In this document: piece by piece, positions 1 through 13,135 of the stretch
Numbering within the stretch: the stretch's first letter is position 1
Layout: each line of letters begins with the position of its first letter
DNA from: Eledone cirrhosa
Taxonomy: Eukaryota
Assembly: GCA_964016885.1 (NCBI GenBank)
Contig: OZ024741.1
Coordinates: 176,514,001-176,578,000, forward strand
Direction: 5' to 3'
Length of the DNA stretch: 64,000 nt
Notes under the pieces: model-generated
The model's input: only the letters and a program-made list of their open reading frames with translations
What the model was told of the DNA's origin: nothing
Database searches by the model: none
Position numbers and translations under genes: made by a program

Positions 1-723
1 CACCAAAATTTCTATTCTGTCCGATTTCGTCACTTTTCTCGGTGACTTCTTCTTCCGACATGATATCAATTGTTACTGTCAGTGTCCTGGTGTTGTTAAG
101 CTATATTGGTATTTCTGGTTCTCTGTTATTACATTGTGTTCTTATTTCTTCTAATTCAATCAAGTCAATTTGTTATCTACGTGTGTTTCCTAGTTTATTG
201 ACATCTCTGTTTCCTCCATTCAGTGTATGCTTGTTTTGTAACATTTGATTTGTGATTGGTTAACGCTGTATAGAATTCTGTCACAACATATTTATATTCC
301 TCCCTAGACCATTTTCGTTTTTTTTTCGAATTTGGATTATTCTTTGTTAGTGTTTGTACTACTGATTCAATGTTGTGGATTTTCCAATTTTGGTAACCTG
401 TTGAACTGTTGGATGGAAAGGTTGCTCCAGTTGTCGACTTTTCAACCCCAGCCTGGTAAATCACAGGGAGATGCGTCTCTTAATGAACGAATCGCTACAA
501 TTTTGGGAGTTTACGCATCTTGCACTTATAAATTCAGTTTTATCCCTACTGTACCCAACTAGACAGGTTTGCTTAAAGAAGCTTAGAGCGGCCTACCTGC
601 CCTCAATGAGTTGGGTTTACCTGCGCTGGGCGCCATCCCAGTATTTCTGAATTTAACAGCTTCCAAACTAAAAATAGAACTGTGTAAGGGTTGAGAGCCA
701 AAGGCAAGATACTACACTTAAGT
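1..723 (-). mobile_element. 5' end of an R4/Dong-type (RLE) non-LTR retrotransposon running off the window's left edge
   Basis: ORF 195-464(-) has KKKRKWSREEYKYVVTEFY..AYTEWRK, resembling the N-terminal RRRKGTRTNWTKELNRTVMQCY..MHNIWKE of the element at 5446-8345. The 5' end abuts an (ATT)n tract at ~725. Confidence 0.6.
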
Positions 724-961
724 GATTATTATTATCATTATAAATAAACATTATCATTATAAACATTAAAGGAATTATGATTCACATGATTTCAGTGATG
801 TTTTGATGTTTGCTTTCACTGTATGAGTGATGGTGGCTGTTGAGTTGTTATGCTAGTTGTTCTTGTTACGTAAATAATCATGACTAGCGTGGATAGTAGA
901 AGTTGCAACAGTTTCTCCATGTTTTTCCTCCTTGTATTACTATTATTATTAATATTTTGTG

Positions 962-1130
962 GGGCGGTGGATTGGCAGTATCGGTGGAGGGTTTAGACGC
1001 CATGCTTTCCAGCATAGTTACGTCCCTTTACGATCTGAATTCAAATCCCGCCGAGGTTGACTTTGCCTTTCATCCTTACGGTAATGCATTGGGTAATTGC
1101 TGGCCTTGTGCCTAAAGTAGAAACAATTAT
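962..1130 (+). mobile_element. tRNA-derived SINE (major family of this window)
   Basis: A-box TGGCAGTATCGG, B-box-like GAATTCAAATCC, body GCCTTTCATCCTTACGG, tail GGCCTTGTGCCTAAAGTAGAAAC(AAT/ATT)n; more than 10 other copies in the window. Confidence 0.85.
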
Positions 1131-1158
1131 TATTAATATTTTTTTCATTATTATTATT

Positions 1159-2790
1159 GGTTATCGTGCTGTGAAGACGTGTTTTTGTGGTGGTTTTTCA
1201 AGTTTTTGCATTGAATTAATCGTTGTATTTTTGTGACAAAGGGGTCATTACTCACCCGTCTTTGCCCTGTGTAAGGGCCACCTCATAATATCTGAGCCTT
1301 TGGGCCCAAATATTTCAACTCTTTTTTAAAAATCGTTTTTCAAAAAATAAAAAAACCAATCAAGGTAGAGACACAACTCTCAACCTTGCGTTTGCTGTCG
1401 TGTGGCAGCGGTGCAGGCATTGAACCTTGTAAAACTGCTTCTAACATAAATTTAGGAAGCAGTGTCGTCAAAGAAGAAACCCATAAAACAGCAACACTAG
1501 CACCAGCCTTCAACAACAAACATACACACAAGCACAGATACAGACACATCATCTCCCTGTAGCGAAGACGAGACAAAAGCTATACCCCCCAAAAAATAAG
1601 GTGCACAAAGACACATCACAAAAATACCCACAACAGAATATGTCGGACCTCACCGACAAAAAAAAACTCAAACACTTCCAACAAAAGCAACACTACCACC
1701 ACAATCCTCCAAACACCAAAAAAAAAAAAACAAGAAACACCAGAACAAAAGAAGACACAAACAACTGAAATTGCAGCCAACACGCCAACGTCACCACTCA
1801 CGCAAGCAAATAAAACCACAAGTAATGCGAAGCACACAAAGCTTCGTGGTTGTAAGAAGAGGCAAGAAGGAATTGGTGGCTCTCATAGCACGAAGACCAG
1901 ATACCGAGAATGTGGGATGGATTTTTGTATGAGCATATTTCGCGTTCCAGAAGATTTGGTTCTGGTACAAATGTCGCTCGACATCAACAAATGAATTAGA
2001 TAGAGCTTCATTCTTCATGTGGGAATGCCGAATATAAGACTAAAATGTTGACCGTTGAAAGAAACTCTACCAAATATGGAGGTCGAACCACACGACCTCC
2101 ACAAAAACCTGGGAAGTATGTAAACCATTCCTCTAAAATTTAGCCGACCAACATAGCCGATGGTGTAGAACATTTCGGAAATCGATGTGGTTGTCACCTT
2201 CTTGGAAGAATATGAACGGTTAACGGGAGCAAAACTAAACCGAGAAAAGTCGGTGGGAATGCAGCTCAGCATCTGGAGCCGCAAGTACATGACGTCCAAC
2301 AACATCATCGGTCGGGGGACTATGGACAAGTTCCAGAAATCTCTCACTTGGCAGTTCTAAAGGGAATCACTGCCAGTTTGAGATTAACTTTGCCGGCATG
2401 GTAGTGCTTTAATACGGAGCTGTCCTAGATGCGGGGTAGCGAAACCGTACAGTGCCCTTGTATTGCCGAATTGTGGAGTTATGTGGAACAGCTGTTATCA
2501 CGTGTAGGAGGCGTTAAAGGGATTACTCTAACCATGCGCCTATAGTTTGTAAGCATTAAAGAAGAGAGGAGCACCTTTCTAGCGAGCACTTGGAGATGAA
2601 ATTTGGTTACTTGTGGGGTACTTAACGTTACCCCTGGGTTAAATCCCCCTATTGGGGAATTCTGTTGTGTTTATTGTATTGTTAATCGTATTTGTTGCAT
2701 TGCTTTTTTTACACGAATTTATGTAAACTCCCAGTCCCCGTTTTTGTATTGTCCTCTATATGTATAGAATTGTAGCCAATAACACAGTAA
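1159..2790 (+). mobile_element. Internally deleted L1/Tx1-type LINE (5' UTR, ORF1 remnant, ORF2 remnants, 3' UTR)
   Basis: 2200-2330 matches the ORF2 segment at 51540-51650 (GAATATGAA..ACGGGAGCAAAACTAAAC..AAGTCGGT). The 3' UTR TTGTATTGTCC..GCCAATAA is like 52957-53000, and 1340-1850 is A/C-rich ORF1-like sequence. Confidence 0.7.
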
Positions 2791-2854
2791 TAATAATTAT
2801 TATTATTATTATTATTATTGTTCTTAGAGTCTCAGTCATTGATGTTATTTAACT

Positions 2855-5425
2855 TACTCAGAAAGCTAGAAGAGGCGTTTAGGACAGGCATCGCAACCGA
2901 CGTGCTTGCGGTGAGATTGGCACTTGACCAATTCTTCAATGCAAAACGCGAAGGCTGCGTTGTCAGAGCGAGAGCGCGTGCTCTGATGCACGAGGGGACA
3001 AAAGCCGTCCAATGGGCCCGGGTAGCAGAGGCGCGACGTGGCAACGAAGCCACAATTCGGTCTTTGTCTGACCAAAACGGGTGCGTGTTGCTCGAACCCG
3101 AGCAGATGTATGAAGCTATTCAGCAGCACTTTGATGAACTGTTCGGGAGCAGCGGCGGCCCGGATCGAGGCATGGACTTCAGTGCATGCCTTTACGGACT
3201 GCCACGGCTCTCGACGACCGCAGCACAGTGTTGCGAAAAGCCAATAACAGCCGGTGAAATACGGGAACCGATGGCTAACTGTACGAGGGGTAAATCGCCA
3301 GGTTTGGATGGTCTGCCCTAGGAGCTTTATGAATTTATCCCAGACTTGTTCGGTGACCTCTTGGCAGATGTCTACTGCAACTGGCAGCAGAACGGGAGCA
3401 TTTCCAGTTTTGTGAGCCGGGGAGCCGTGGCGCTTCTGAGAAAAGACCCGAACAAGGGGGATGTTATCGATAATTTAAGGCCCATAACCGTGCTAAACGC
3501 AAAGTTCAAGATTTTGGCGAAGGTGTTAGCACGAGGTTGGCGCGTGTTTTCAAAGGTCTGGTGGGAGGATCGCAGCCATGCGCCATTCCGGACAGATCCA
3601 TACACGACAACCTCCACCTCATGCGATACATCATAGAGAGGGTGGTTAAGGAACCTGGTACGGGTGGGGCCCTTATCAACTTGGATCAATCCAAAGCATT
3701 CGATAAGGTCGATCATCGGTACATGGCGGCGGTCCTCGAGGCAGCCGGTTTCGGAACCGTTTTGAGGGGTTGGATCGCTGCGATGTACAGCGACATCTGC
3801 TCAGTTGTGAGGGTCAACGGTCACCTGTCGCAGCCGTTCAGCATCATGCGCTCAGTCCGCCAGGGTTGTCCCCTCTCGTCCCTCTTGTACGTATTGGCTC
3901 TCGAGCGGTTACTGCACAAACTGGGGGCGATGAGGGGCGTCCCACGCGAACTAGGATGCGGGAATTCCGAGTCGGCTTACGACGTCACCACGGTGGTGTC
4001 GGGCACCAGACACGTCCAGATTCTCGGCACCGCTCTCAAAGAATACGAAGCGGTGACAGGAGCAAAGAAAAAGTCGGTGGGCTTGCAGCTCGGCACCTGG
4101 AGAGGCACGTCCATGCCGTCCGACAGCGTTGTAGGGCGTTGGACGGACGGACCGGTTAAATTGCTCGGGATCTGGTTCGGACCGGACCTCCAGATGGAGA
4201 AAAACTGGAACGAGGGGACGAGGAGGGTGGCCTCTCTCACCCAGAAATGGGCCGAGAGGAAGCTGTCCCTGAAAGGCCGGGCGGAGGTGGCGAATGCGTA
4301 CATCGCATCCGTCATCTGCTACCGCCTCACCGTCGTCCCTTGCGCCAGCCCAACTCGCACCAAAATGGAGCGCCTCCTCTTCCGCTTTTTGTGGAAGGGA
4401 CGCGCTCCCATGGTCAGACGATCCATCTGCTGTCAACACCCGTTGCGTGGAGGACCGGGCATGCCATGGCTGATGATGCGCAAACATGCGCTGAGTCTGC
4501 GACATCTCTGGTGCTTCCTTGACGGTGAACAGGTGTGGTCGTCATTCGCCAGGCACGTTTTCCCAAAGCTCGTCTCCCTGACGGAGCTGCTCCTGGGTCA
4601 GGAAAAGACCGAGGGATAGCGCTTGAAAACTGGAATGTCTCCAGGCACTCACTGCCCTCTGTCAGCTGGGCACCAGAATCGGTGGAACATCCACCACGGT
4701 GTTCTATAGAGGACTAGTGGAGGGGAAGAACGACGACATTCTCGGAGCGATCCTGGGAGTTGAAGATCAGCTGTTTGATCTCTTCCGGAGAACTTTTAGC
4801 CCAGGGCCTATGGATAACTTCCAAAAATGCCTGGCCGGGAAGCGCTGCCGGTTCGAGAGAAGCTCTACAGGCACGGAAGTGCCGTCAGCCGAGCCTGTCC
4901 GAGATGCGGGCAGAGCGACGAAACCGTCGTGCACGCACTCGTTTAGTGCCCGAGCATTGCTGACTTGTGGAGCTATGTCGAACAGTTGCTGTCGCGTGTA
5001 GATGGTCTCCCTGTCTTCCTTCGAGGATGAAGGACAGGCGGTTTTCATCTTGCTGGTGGCTATGGCGACAGATATTGTGTGGTGGACAAGGTTGAAAGGG
5101 TTAAAGACAGACACTTTCCTCTTCGGCGAATCCCTAATTAACTTTTTCAAGTTTCACTTGAAGAGAAAAATCAGGGTGGAGAGGCAAGTGCTGCCTTCTA
5201 GCAAGTTTGTTGGTCAGGGTGGCCGTGGTCTTTTGTGTGGTTTTCGCCACATTTTTATTGTTTTTATTGTTTATATATATATATGTTTCTATGTCCTTTT
5301 TTTTCTTTTCTTATATAAATAATAAAAATATTTACACGCACAAAACCCACTTCGTACCGTCCTGTACCGTCCTGTGCAGTCTGTAATGTTTTTCTTGATG
5401 CCAGCCATTGTGGCCAATAAAGAAA
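2855..5425 (+). mobile_element. 5'-truncated L1/Tx1-type LINE, frameshifted ORF2 (RT + C-terminal Cys domain) and 3' UTR
   Basis: GKSPGLDGLP, RPITVLNAKFKILAKVLA, LINLDQSKAFDKVDH, RSVRQGCPLS, KLSLKGRAEVAN; highly similar to 50167-52767. Flanked by a long direct repeat (see findings). Confidence 0.92.
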
Positions 5426-5445
5426 TCATCATTATTATTATTATT

Positions 5446-8345
5446 ATTGTTCTTTGAGTCTCAGTCATTGATGTTAGTTAACTGGAAAGTTTGTTGAAAT
5501 GAATATCAAGCCACTACCTACAGCTTCAGATATTCAGGACGTATCGGAGGGTTCTTGCTGTTCCCAGCAAGCATGCATTTTGAAGCGTTCCAAAAAGCGT
5601 GGCGGGGCCAATTTTCTTTAACCATCTCTGGAAACTTTTTGAGATAGTACCTAGTGTGCTTATGACAATCGGGACCACTTTGACCTCATGGCAGTTCCAA
5701 ATCCTTTTTAGCTCCCACTTTAAGTCCTGGTATCGGTTAATTTTCTCCGTCTCCTTCTCTTGCACTCCCGTGTCGAATGGGCAGGCCACATTCACAATCA
5801 GTCACGATCTGTTTTCCTTGTCCAAAACCACCAGGTCAGGTCTATTGTGTTCCAGTTTCTTGTCTGTCTGTATCTTAAAATCCCACAGCACCTTCACTTG
5901 ATCGTTTTCTATCACCGACTCTGGCTTATGCTCATACCACTTCTCAGAATGTGGCAAATTGTTTACTTTGCATAGGTGCCAGTGGGTCACCCTGCCCATC
6001 ACATCATGTCTCCAGCCCTTATAGAGAGTCTGGTCTAGGTGTTTACAATGTGAGCCACAGTCTCCTCATTCCACAGATCCTGCACAGTAGGCTAGCCTCC
6101 TCCTAGTAAAAATGGTGTTTCAACCACTTCGTTTTGAGGGACTGCTCTTGCGCAGCCAGTAACATTGCTTCTGTAGCCTTTTCAAGGTCTCCTCTTTTCA
6201 ACCTGTTCCATGTCTGTGGATCTCTGAATTCAGTTTCCTCAAAAAAGGTACTATGAAGGGATTTTTTATGAAGGCTGCTCTTTCTCCTTGTTGTTATTTC
6301 CTTCTTAGACAACCCCTGGTCTATTGTCCTCTCCTTCAGTACAATTCTGAGCATTGGCTCCTTACTATCAGTCACGTATTTGTGTAGGTTGTTTTTCTCC
6401 ATCTGAACACAGTCCTCTATGCTGATAAGACCTCTTCCACCTTCAGATCTCCTTAAGTAGAGTCTATCGACATCACTCCTCTTGTGGAACATGTTGTAGA
6501 TAGTCAATAGCTTCCTAGTCTTCCTATCCATTTCTTTTTGTTCAGCAACATTCCATCTCAGAATTCCCGCACTGTACCTAATAATAGACACAGCTCGGGA
6601 ATTTACTGCACTTATGGCATTCCTGCTCTCCTTACTCTCCGAATGTATTCAGATCTTATCAATTCCTTCATTTTTGTGTTCTTGATGTCATCAGCCTCCA
6701 GAACACCCAAATACTTGTATCCTTCTTCAGTGTCAATTTCCTTTACTCCACACTTACTAATACCAAATTGCATACATATATCATTGCTGAAAATACGGAC
6801 AGTGTCAACAAGCACATCCAACTCCTTCTCACTCTTCACGAAGAGCTTCAGATCGTCCATGAAGAGGAGGTGATTGATGGTAAGCTCTCCCTTTCCCAAC
6901 TTGTATCCTGCTCTCACTTTTCGCAGTATAATGGTCAGCGGCATCAGGGCAAGGACAAACAACAGAAGGGACAGACTCTATCTCTGGAAGATACCTCTCT
7001 TGATCTTCACTTCTCCCAAGGATTCTCCAGCTGATGTTAACTCTGTTTTCCAGGACTTCATACTTTTGCCCAACAACTGTCTGATGTTATCTGCCACCTT
7101 GAAGATATCTAGGCTTTTGGTGATCCAAGAATGAGGCACCATGTCAAATGCCTTTTTGTAGTCTATCCATCCCATGGCAAGACCAGTGTGTCTCCTCTTC
7201 CAATTCCTCATTACCATATTATCAATAAGTCATTGGTCCTTTGTACCACGGGACCTCTTTCGGCATCCTTTCTCTTTCGTCCGGTAACAATTTTTTGTGT
7301 GGAGGTGATGGCAGATTTCCTCAGACATAATGCTTGTCAACAGTTTCCACATTACGGACAGACATGTGATAGGTCTATAGTTGGTAACATCATTACCCTT
7401 GATTCGGTCTTTCATTACCAGAACTGTGGCACCTTTTGTCAACCACTCTGGTACCTCACCTGACATCAAGCAGTCATTGAACATGGTTGTCAGTTTCGGG
7501 TGGAGGGAAGTTATATTTTTAATCCTATACCCCTGCACATCATCTGGGCCTGGTGATTTCCAGTTGGTTAGTTTTTTGGCCTGCCCCTGAAGAGTTTCAA
7601 CTGTGATACTGAAATCAGTTTGATGGTGAGCCTGTTCACTAATCTCCTTTTGTACTGTCTCAATCCACACTGCCTGGTCAATATGTTTAACATCCTGCTC
7701 CCATATTCCTCTCCAGAATGTCTTAGTTTGTTCCGCCTCAGGGATCAAGTCTTTGTTCCAGGTATTATTTATTTCAGCATTCAGATCATTGTCTGCTTCG
7801 GATGGTTCCTCCGTTCTCTCAACCTCTTCACCTTCATTTCCCACTGACTCGTTTGCCTGGCATACTCCACTCTCCATTTCCAACCTAATCTCTCTGCTCA
7901 GTTCCTCCAGTTCCAGCTCGCTTATCCACCCATTAGTTCTTATTACCCGAGCCTGCCCGACCAATTTTTGTTCATCTAATTTAAATAGACCAATCTCTTT
8001 CCAGATGTTATGCATCCGTTTCCGATAGCCTTTTTCCTTGGGGTTACTCTTCAGGTAACATTGCATAACAGTTCTATTCAATTCTTTCGTCCAGTTGGTT
8101 CTGGTCCCTTTCCTTCTTCTTCTTCCTCCGACACCAGCAGTATTTGGTTGACAGCGAGGTCCCTGCTGCTGAGCCAGGGAGTACCTGCTGGGTGAGAGTC
8201 TGTCACATGACATTCCAGTCTCCACTTCACCGTTATTCGAACTGTTTAGGTTCGACATTTAAACCCTCTTATCGAGGATTGGTGAATGTATGGTTTCAAA
8301 ACCACCGGTGATTTCATCACCCCCCGGTGATTTTAGTGTGGCAGA
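5446..8345 (-). mobile_element. R4/Dong-type RLE non-LTR retrotransposon, nearly full length but frameshifted and internally deleted (ORF about 8258->5526)
   Basis: NWKSPGPDDVQG, NYRPITCL, WIDYKKAFDMVPHSW, RGIFQ(GD), NHLLFMDDLKLF, YKYLGV, RHD..HWHLC, NRPDLVVLDK..VACPFD..EKINRYQDL (PD..D/E-x-K restriction-like endonuclease). The 3' end runs into (TAA)n. Confidence 0.92.
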
Positions 8346-8644
8346 ATCACGCTGTAGACGAACATAAATAAACAAACAAACAAATAGGTAAAAAAAAAAA
8401 AAAAAAAGAATAAGCATAAGTTTTATTGTAATGTAATGTTTGAATGTCTGACTTAGTTTTTTTTTTTTTACCTCTCTGTCTGTCTGTTTTTCTTTTCATT
8501 TTTCTTTTCTTTACGTTTTTCGTTGTTGCTGTGCTGTTTTGATTTTGATTTTTGGTTTTTTGATTTTTTGACCGGGTCATCAAATCAGTATATTTATATC
8601 TTTTGATGCCTTCCTCTTTTAGTGGGGACACTACGATGCATGTC

Positions 8645-8790
8645 TTAGCAGGAGGTAGTGGGAGAGAATAGCGGCGGTAGTGATAATGAGGCAGTGGTGG
8701 TGGTGGTGATGTGCTAGTACTACTTAGCAGGAGGTAGTGGGAGTGATTAGCGGCGATAGCGATAATGAGGCAGTGGTGGTGGTGATGTGA
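8645..8790. repeat. Two tandem copies of a ~78-bp purine-rich unit
   Basis: TTAGCAGGAGGTAGTGGGAG..GATAATGAGGCAGTGGTGGTGGTG occurs at ~8645 and ~8723. Confidence 0.75.
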
Positions 8791-9187
8791 TCGTAGTATT
8801 GTAGTGATGATGTTGAAGTTGAAGTAGAAATAGAAGTTGAGGTAACTTGACTAGAGGTTTTGGCGTGGTAGTGGTGATGGTGGCGCTGGTGGTGTTGGTG
8901 GTGAAATTATTTGCCTGTATGTCCACTTAGCCATTTTCTCTTTTTTCGACAATAACATTTCTGATCCAAAATTAAATATTAAATATTGGGGCCATATGGC
9001 GTAAAGTGATGAGTTATGGCTTGCTGAGCGTATAAAACAGTAATCTTATACTTCATTTGTAATAAGAATTATTCTATCACAGTTGTTTTAAATAAGTAAA
9101 AATCAAAAACTTACGGGAGCGATTCCATAACGATATATATCCACCATGTGCGTTTTAATCCCTTATTATTATTATTATTATTATTAT

Positions 9188-9284
9188 GCCATTGTGCACT
9201 TTTACTCGACCTTATTGTAAACCCCCACCGCTCCTGGCTTTGTATTGTCCCCTACATGTCGGCCCTTGTGGCTAATAAATGAAA

Positions 9285-9290
<6 letters not shown>
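9188..9290 (+). mobile_element. Isolated 3' UTR of the L1/Tx1-type family within (ATT)n
   Basis: TTTGTATTGTCCCC..GCCCTTGTGGCTAATAAA matches 52955-52998 and is followed by an (ATT)n tract. Confidence 0.7.
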
Positions 9291-9325
<35 letters not shown>

Positions 9326-11090
9326 GCATTTATCTTGCTTTATGATCATACGAGTTATCACCAAGTCAAAACAAGTGACCTCAAGAGACAACAAGGTCCG
9401 CCATGTTCATGAAAGAACATACATACACACACATGCTTCTTTAAATGTTTAGACTTGTGAGGTACTTATATTGACATAATCCTCCTTAGAATATGGGCAG
9501 TTCCCATAGTACTATCTTTTGTATTTCTTCTATACGCGGGTTTCCTGGGATTTGGGATAAGTAATCATTAGACCCCTTAGGTATCATTCCTAGAGCACCT
9601 ACAACAACTTGTATTGTTTTAGTTTTCAACTTCCACATTTTTCCAAACTCTATCTCCAGGTCCTTATACTTGCTCAATTTTTCAAATGTTTTTATAGATA
9701 CATTCTTGTCTATTAGAACGGACATATCAATTAGCAGGCATACCCTCTTTTTAAAGTCCTTCAGTATTAATATCAGGTCAATTTGCATCTATTTTTCGGT
9801 TTGTTTGGATGCTAAAGTTCCACAAAATTGAGATGTGATCTTTCTCAAGTACGGAGGTGGTTGATGCTCCTACCAATTCTTTTGATGGGGCAGGGCAAAA
9901 TGCTTTCACGTTACCCAATGTATGTATTGTGCAGCTCTGTCGTGCCTGTTTAGGTATTTGGTTGGAGCTATAGGACTGCGCATTGAAATTATATGATCAA
10001 TGTTCTCTTAATGTTTTGTTGGCAGACACTGATCTTGTGCTGATATAATCAGTACTTCAGTCTCCGATTTCAGTCCAGAGGATCCCAACCACTGATGGGT
10101 TAAAGTTTTGTCAACATCAGGATTGTTAGCTCTTTCTGGGTATTTTCCATACAGAGGCTTTTCTTGCCATTTCTTAGCCAGTTTCTGTAGCAGTTCTTTC
10201 TTTGCAGCTACTTTTACCTGCTTTGCTTTTTCTGTGTTTTCCATTTCAGCAGTAAATGGGACTTCTGAAATTTGTAGTGCATTACTGTATCTTTGTGCAT
10301 CTTTTGTAATGGAGTATGATCTTTTGATTCTTTCGTGTTTCAAAACGAGTTTGATCATCCAATCATGTGCCTCCCTTAGATGTGTAGATAATCCAATTGT
10401 TGCAGTTTTCAAAGTAATATCTAACTGGATTAATCCACGTCCTCCTTCTCATTTCCTAGTGAGATATATTCTATCTGTATCTGCCTTAGGCTGATGCATT
10501 CTGTGCATGGTGAAGAATTTTCTAAATTTTGTATCGAGCCTACGGATCTCTGTGCTTGACCAGTTGATGATATTGTAACTGTAGGTTACTACTGGTATGG
10601 CAAGCGTGTTTATGGCATCGATCCTATTCCTTGCATGCAACTCCGTTCTTAAGATTGCTCTTAATCTGCGGTAACATTCCTTCCTCATCCCTTCCCTCAT
10701 TGTCGAGTGCTTGATTCCGTCTCCTTCACAAACACCTAGATATTTGTAAGTTTCCTCTTGATCAAGTTCTCTTATCACATTCCCCGGATCAACATTTATG
10801 TCTGAATTTCTCAGCAGCTTTCCTCTGGTGAACGTGACTTCGGCGCGTTTATCTAGTCCAAACTCCATCACTGAAATGCTTCACAGTTGATATTAGCCCT
10901 TGCAATTGCTCATCACTTTCTGCAAATAGTTTCAGGTCATCCATGAAGAACAAGTGATTAATGGTTTTGACATAGACTTTATATCCATGTTTTGTTTCAT
11001 TGAGCATTTTACTTAATGGTATCAGTGCGATGCAGAATAAAAGCGGTGATAAAGGGTTACGCTGAAAAATGCCACAATTAATATAAACCA
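9326..11090 (-). mobile_element. 5'-truncated R4/Dong-type RLE LINE (second subfamily)
   Basis: GIFQ..LSPLLFCI, NHLFFMDDLKLF, ETYKYLGV, RIDAINTLAIPVVTYS, QEKPLYGKY, LKSETE..AQDQ, IDMSV..EKLSKYKDL; 3' end at an (TAA)n tract, 9288-9325. Confidence 0.9.
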
Positions 11091-11100
11091 GAAACTTTTA

Positions 11101-11480
11101 TTATTATTTATGAAGGCGTTTACGTCCCTTTACGGTCTGAGTTCAAATCCCGTCGAGGTTAACTTTGCCTTTCATCCTTACGGGGTCGATAAAATAAAGT
11201 ACCAGTAATGCACTGGGTAATTGCTGGCCTTGTGCCTAAAGTAGAAACAATTATTTATGAAGGCGTTGGATTGGCAGTGTCGGTAGAGTGTCAGAAATAT
11301 GCTTTGCGGAACTGTGTTATAGCCCTTTACGATCTGAGTTCAAACCCCACCGAGGTTAGCGTTGGCTTATATCCTTACGAGGTCGATAAATAAAGTACCA
11401 GTAATGCATAGGGGTCGATTTATTCGACTTTCCCATCACCCAGATTTATGGCCTCGTGCCTAAATCAGAAACTATTATTA
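11101..11480 (+). mobile_element. Two nested tRNA-SINE copies (5'-truncated short form inserted at the head of a long form)
   Basis: SINE body at 11121-11250 and 11260-11475; ATTATTTATGAAGGCGTT is duplicated at ~11103 and ~11250. Confidence 0.85.
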
Positions 11481-12100
11481 TTCTTATTTATTGAAGTATC
11501 ACTGCTGATAGACGATGGCAATATTTCGGTGATCAGTGTATCATTTAACAAGTGGCCAACCAATGTATGCCTCCTGGGGATTGAGCACTTGATTTCGTCT
11601 TCTACACTTTCTGTCTGTTTCTTAGTTATTTGGATGTATTAAATGTAATGTGTTTCTACTCTCACTGCTATATAATTGTATCTGATATATGTTTCTGCGG
11701 TAAATGCTTTTGCTGCTTTGATTTAGTAGAAATTCAATACTAGTAAAACAGAATTATAACGTAAGGAGTCAGATCAGTGCGCATTTGTTGGTCTATATTA
11801 TATTGTCGAATATCTCTTATTTCTAAGATGACATGCTGAGATACGAGGGAGCTCTAGGCGTTGTGAAAGTTATTGATTTTGTTTGGGATATTTTCCCAAT
11901 GTCAGCCTCCAGGTTAACCACTATCTAACGAACAACTTAAAATGCGCCCAGTCCAAATCAACCAGTTAGTTTATCGGCATGTCTAACACTATGTTATCAC
12001 TTTGGTCTTTTCCAATTTTAGACGGTACTCATACAATAGTTTTCTAGGGAAAATCATTGACCATACCACATCAATCTCTTACTTTTCCCCGTAAAACAAA

Positions 12101-12222
<122 letters not shown>

Positions 12223-12363
12223 ACATATATATATTTCCATTTATCGTTTTCGGTGCGCCCGGCCGACTAAACTCACTCGATATGCAAATTAGGCTGCTCA
12301 GCCGTTAATATGCATAAGGAACGTATATACTTTCAGACGTTCAATCATCTGGCAGGATGGTAT

Positions 12364-12406
12364 ACGATACTAACGATAGCTAATACATTTGAAACTAGTA
12401 CATCGT
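12364..12406 (+). ncRNA. Degenerate minimal type I hammerhead (family B); second, 5'-clipped copy at 14231-14265
   Basis: ACGATA-CTAACGA-...-GAAA-CTAG-TA-CATCGT here, and TGACGA-TAGC-TAATAA-GCTT-GAAA-CTAG-TA at 14231. The consensus is CTGACGA..GAAACTAGTA. The two copies share ~300 bp of downstream sequence. Confidence 0.6.
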
Positions 12407-12667
12407 TCCTTTGTCAGTGTTGAACAAAAGGGCAACGATGGGTGCTAAACACTGTACGGCTTAATTCGGGCTGTTTGTTTACAAACAAACCGAACATTAT
12501 AATAAATGTTCGGTAAACCTATACGTACATATATATGTGTACATGTATGTATATATATACATACTACTGTACGTCTGTATACATATATGTATGTACGTAT
12601 ACATACATACTTACATTTAAGTAACTGCCGTACTAAAAGTGAGAAATTTCATTTCATTTCATTTTTT

Positions 12668-12707
<40 letters not shown>

Positions 12708-12744
12708 ATAATAATACATTTGAAGACTAAACTTTAATCTGTTA

Positions 12745-12781
<37 letters not shown>

Positions 12782-12819
12782 GATATTAACAAATGGAAAC
12801 TATATTTATAAAACCATAT

Positions 12820-12886
12820 TTATTTCATTATACATATTTCAAGGGCACCAAGTTAAATTATGGTGTGCTTTCATCAGCTAAAATAT
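12820..12886 (-). ncRNA. Minimal type I hammerhead ribozyme (family A) in a ~160-bp pLTR-like repeat (12781-12942)
   Basis: Reverse strand: TATTTTAG-CTGATGA-AAGCACACCA(TAATTTAACT)TGGTGCCCTT-GAAA-TATGTA-TA-ATGAAATA; homologous to 55678-55837. Confidence 0.75.
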
Positions 12887-12990
12887 AATATAGATCAGTT
12901 TTATAAATAAATATTGACATACCCTTAAAGAATGCAACCATATATTTGCTTGTTGTATCCCAACAATTTAAATCGAAGTTTTACACACAT

Positions 12991-13135
<145 letters not shown>

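Noticed and set aside
962-1060. tRNA gene
   Set aside because: The A/B boxes belong to multi-copy SINE heads, with no cloverleaf.
8290-8335. GTGATGA..GAAAC in the R4/Dong 5' UTR (minus strand) as a hammerhead
   Set aside because: There is no stem I or cleavage triplet; it is better explained as a simple hairpin.
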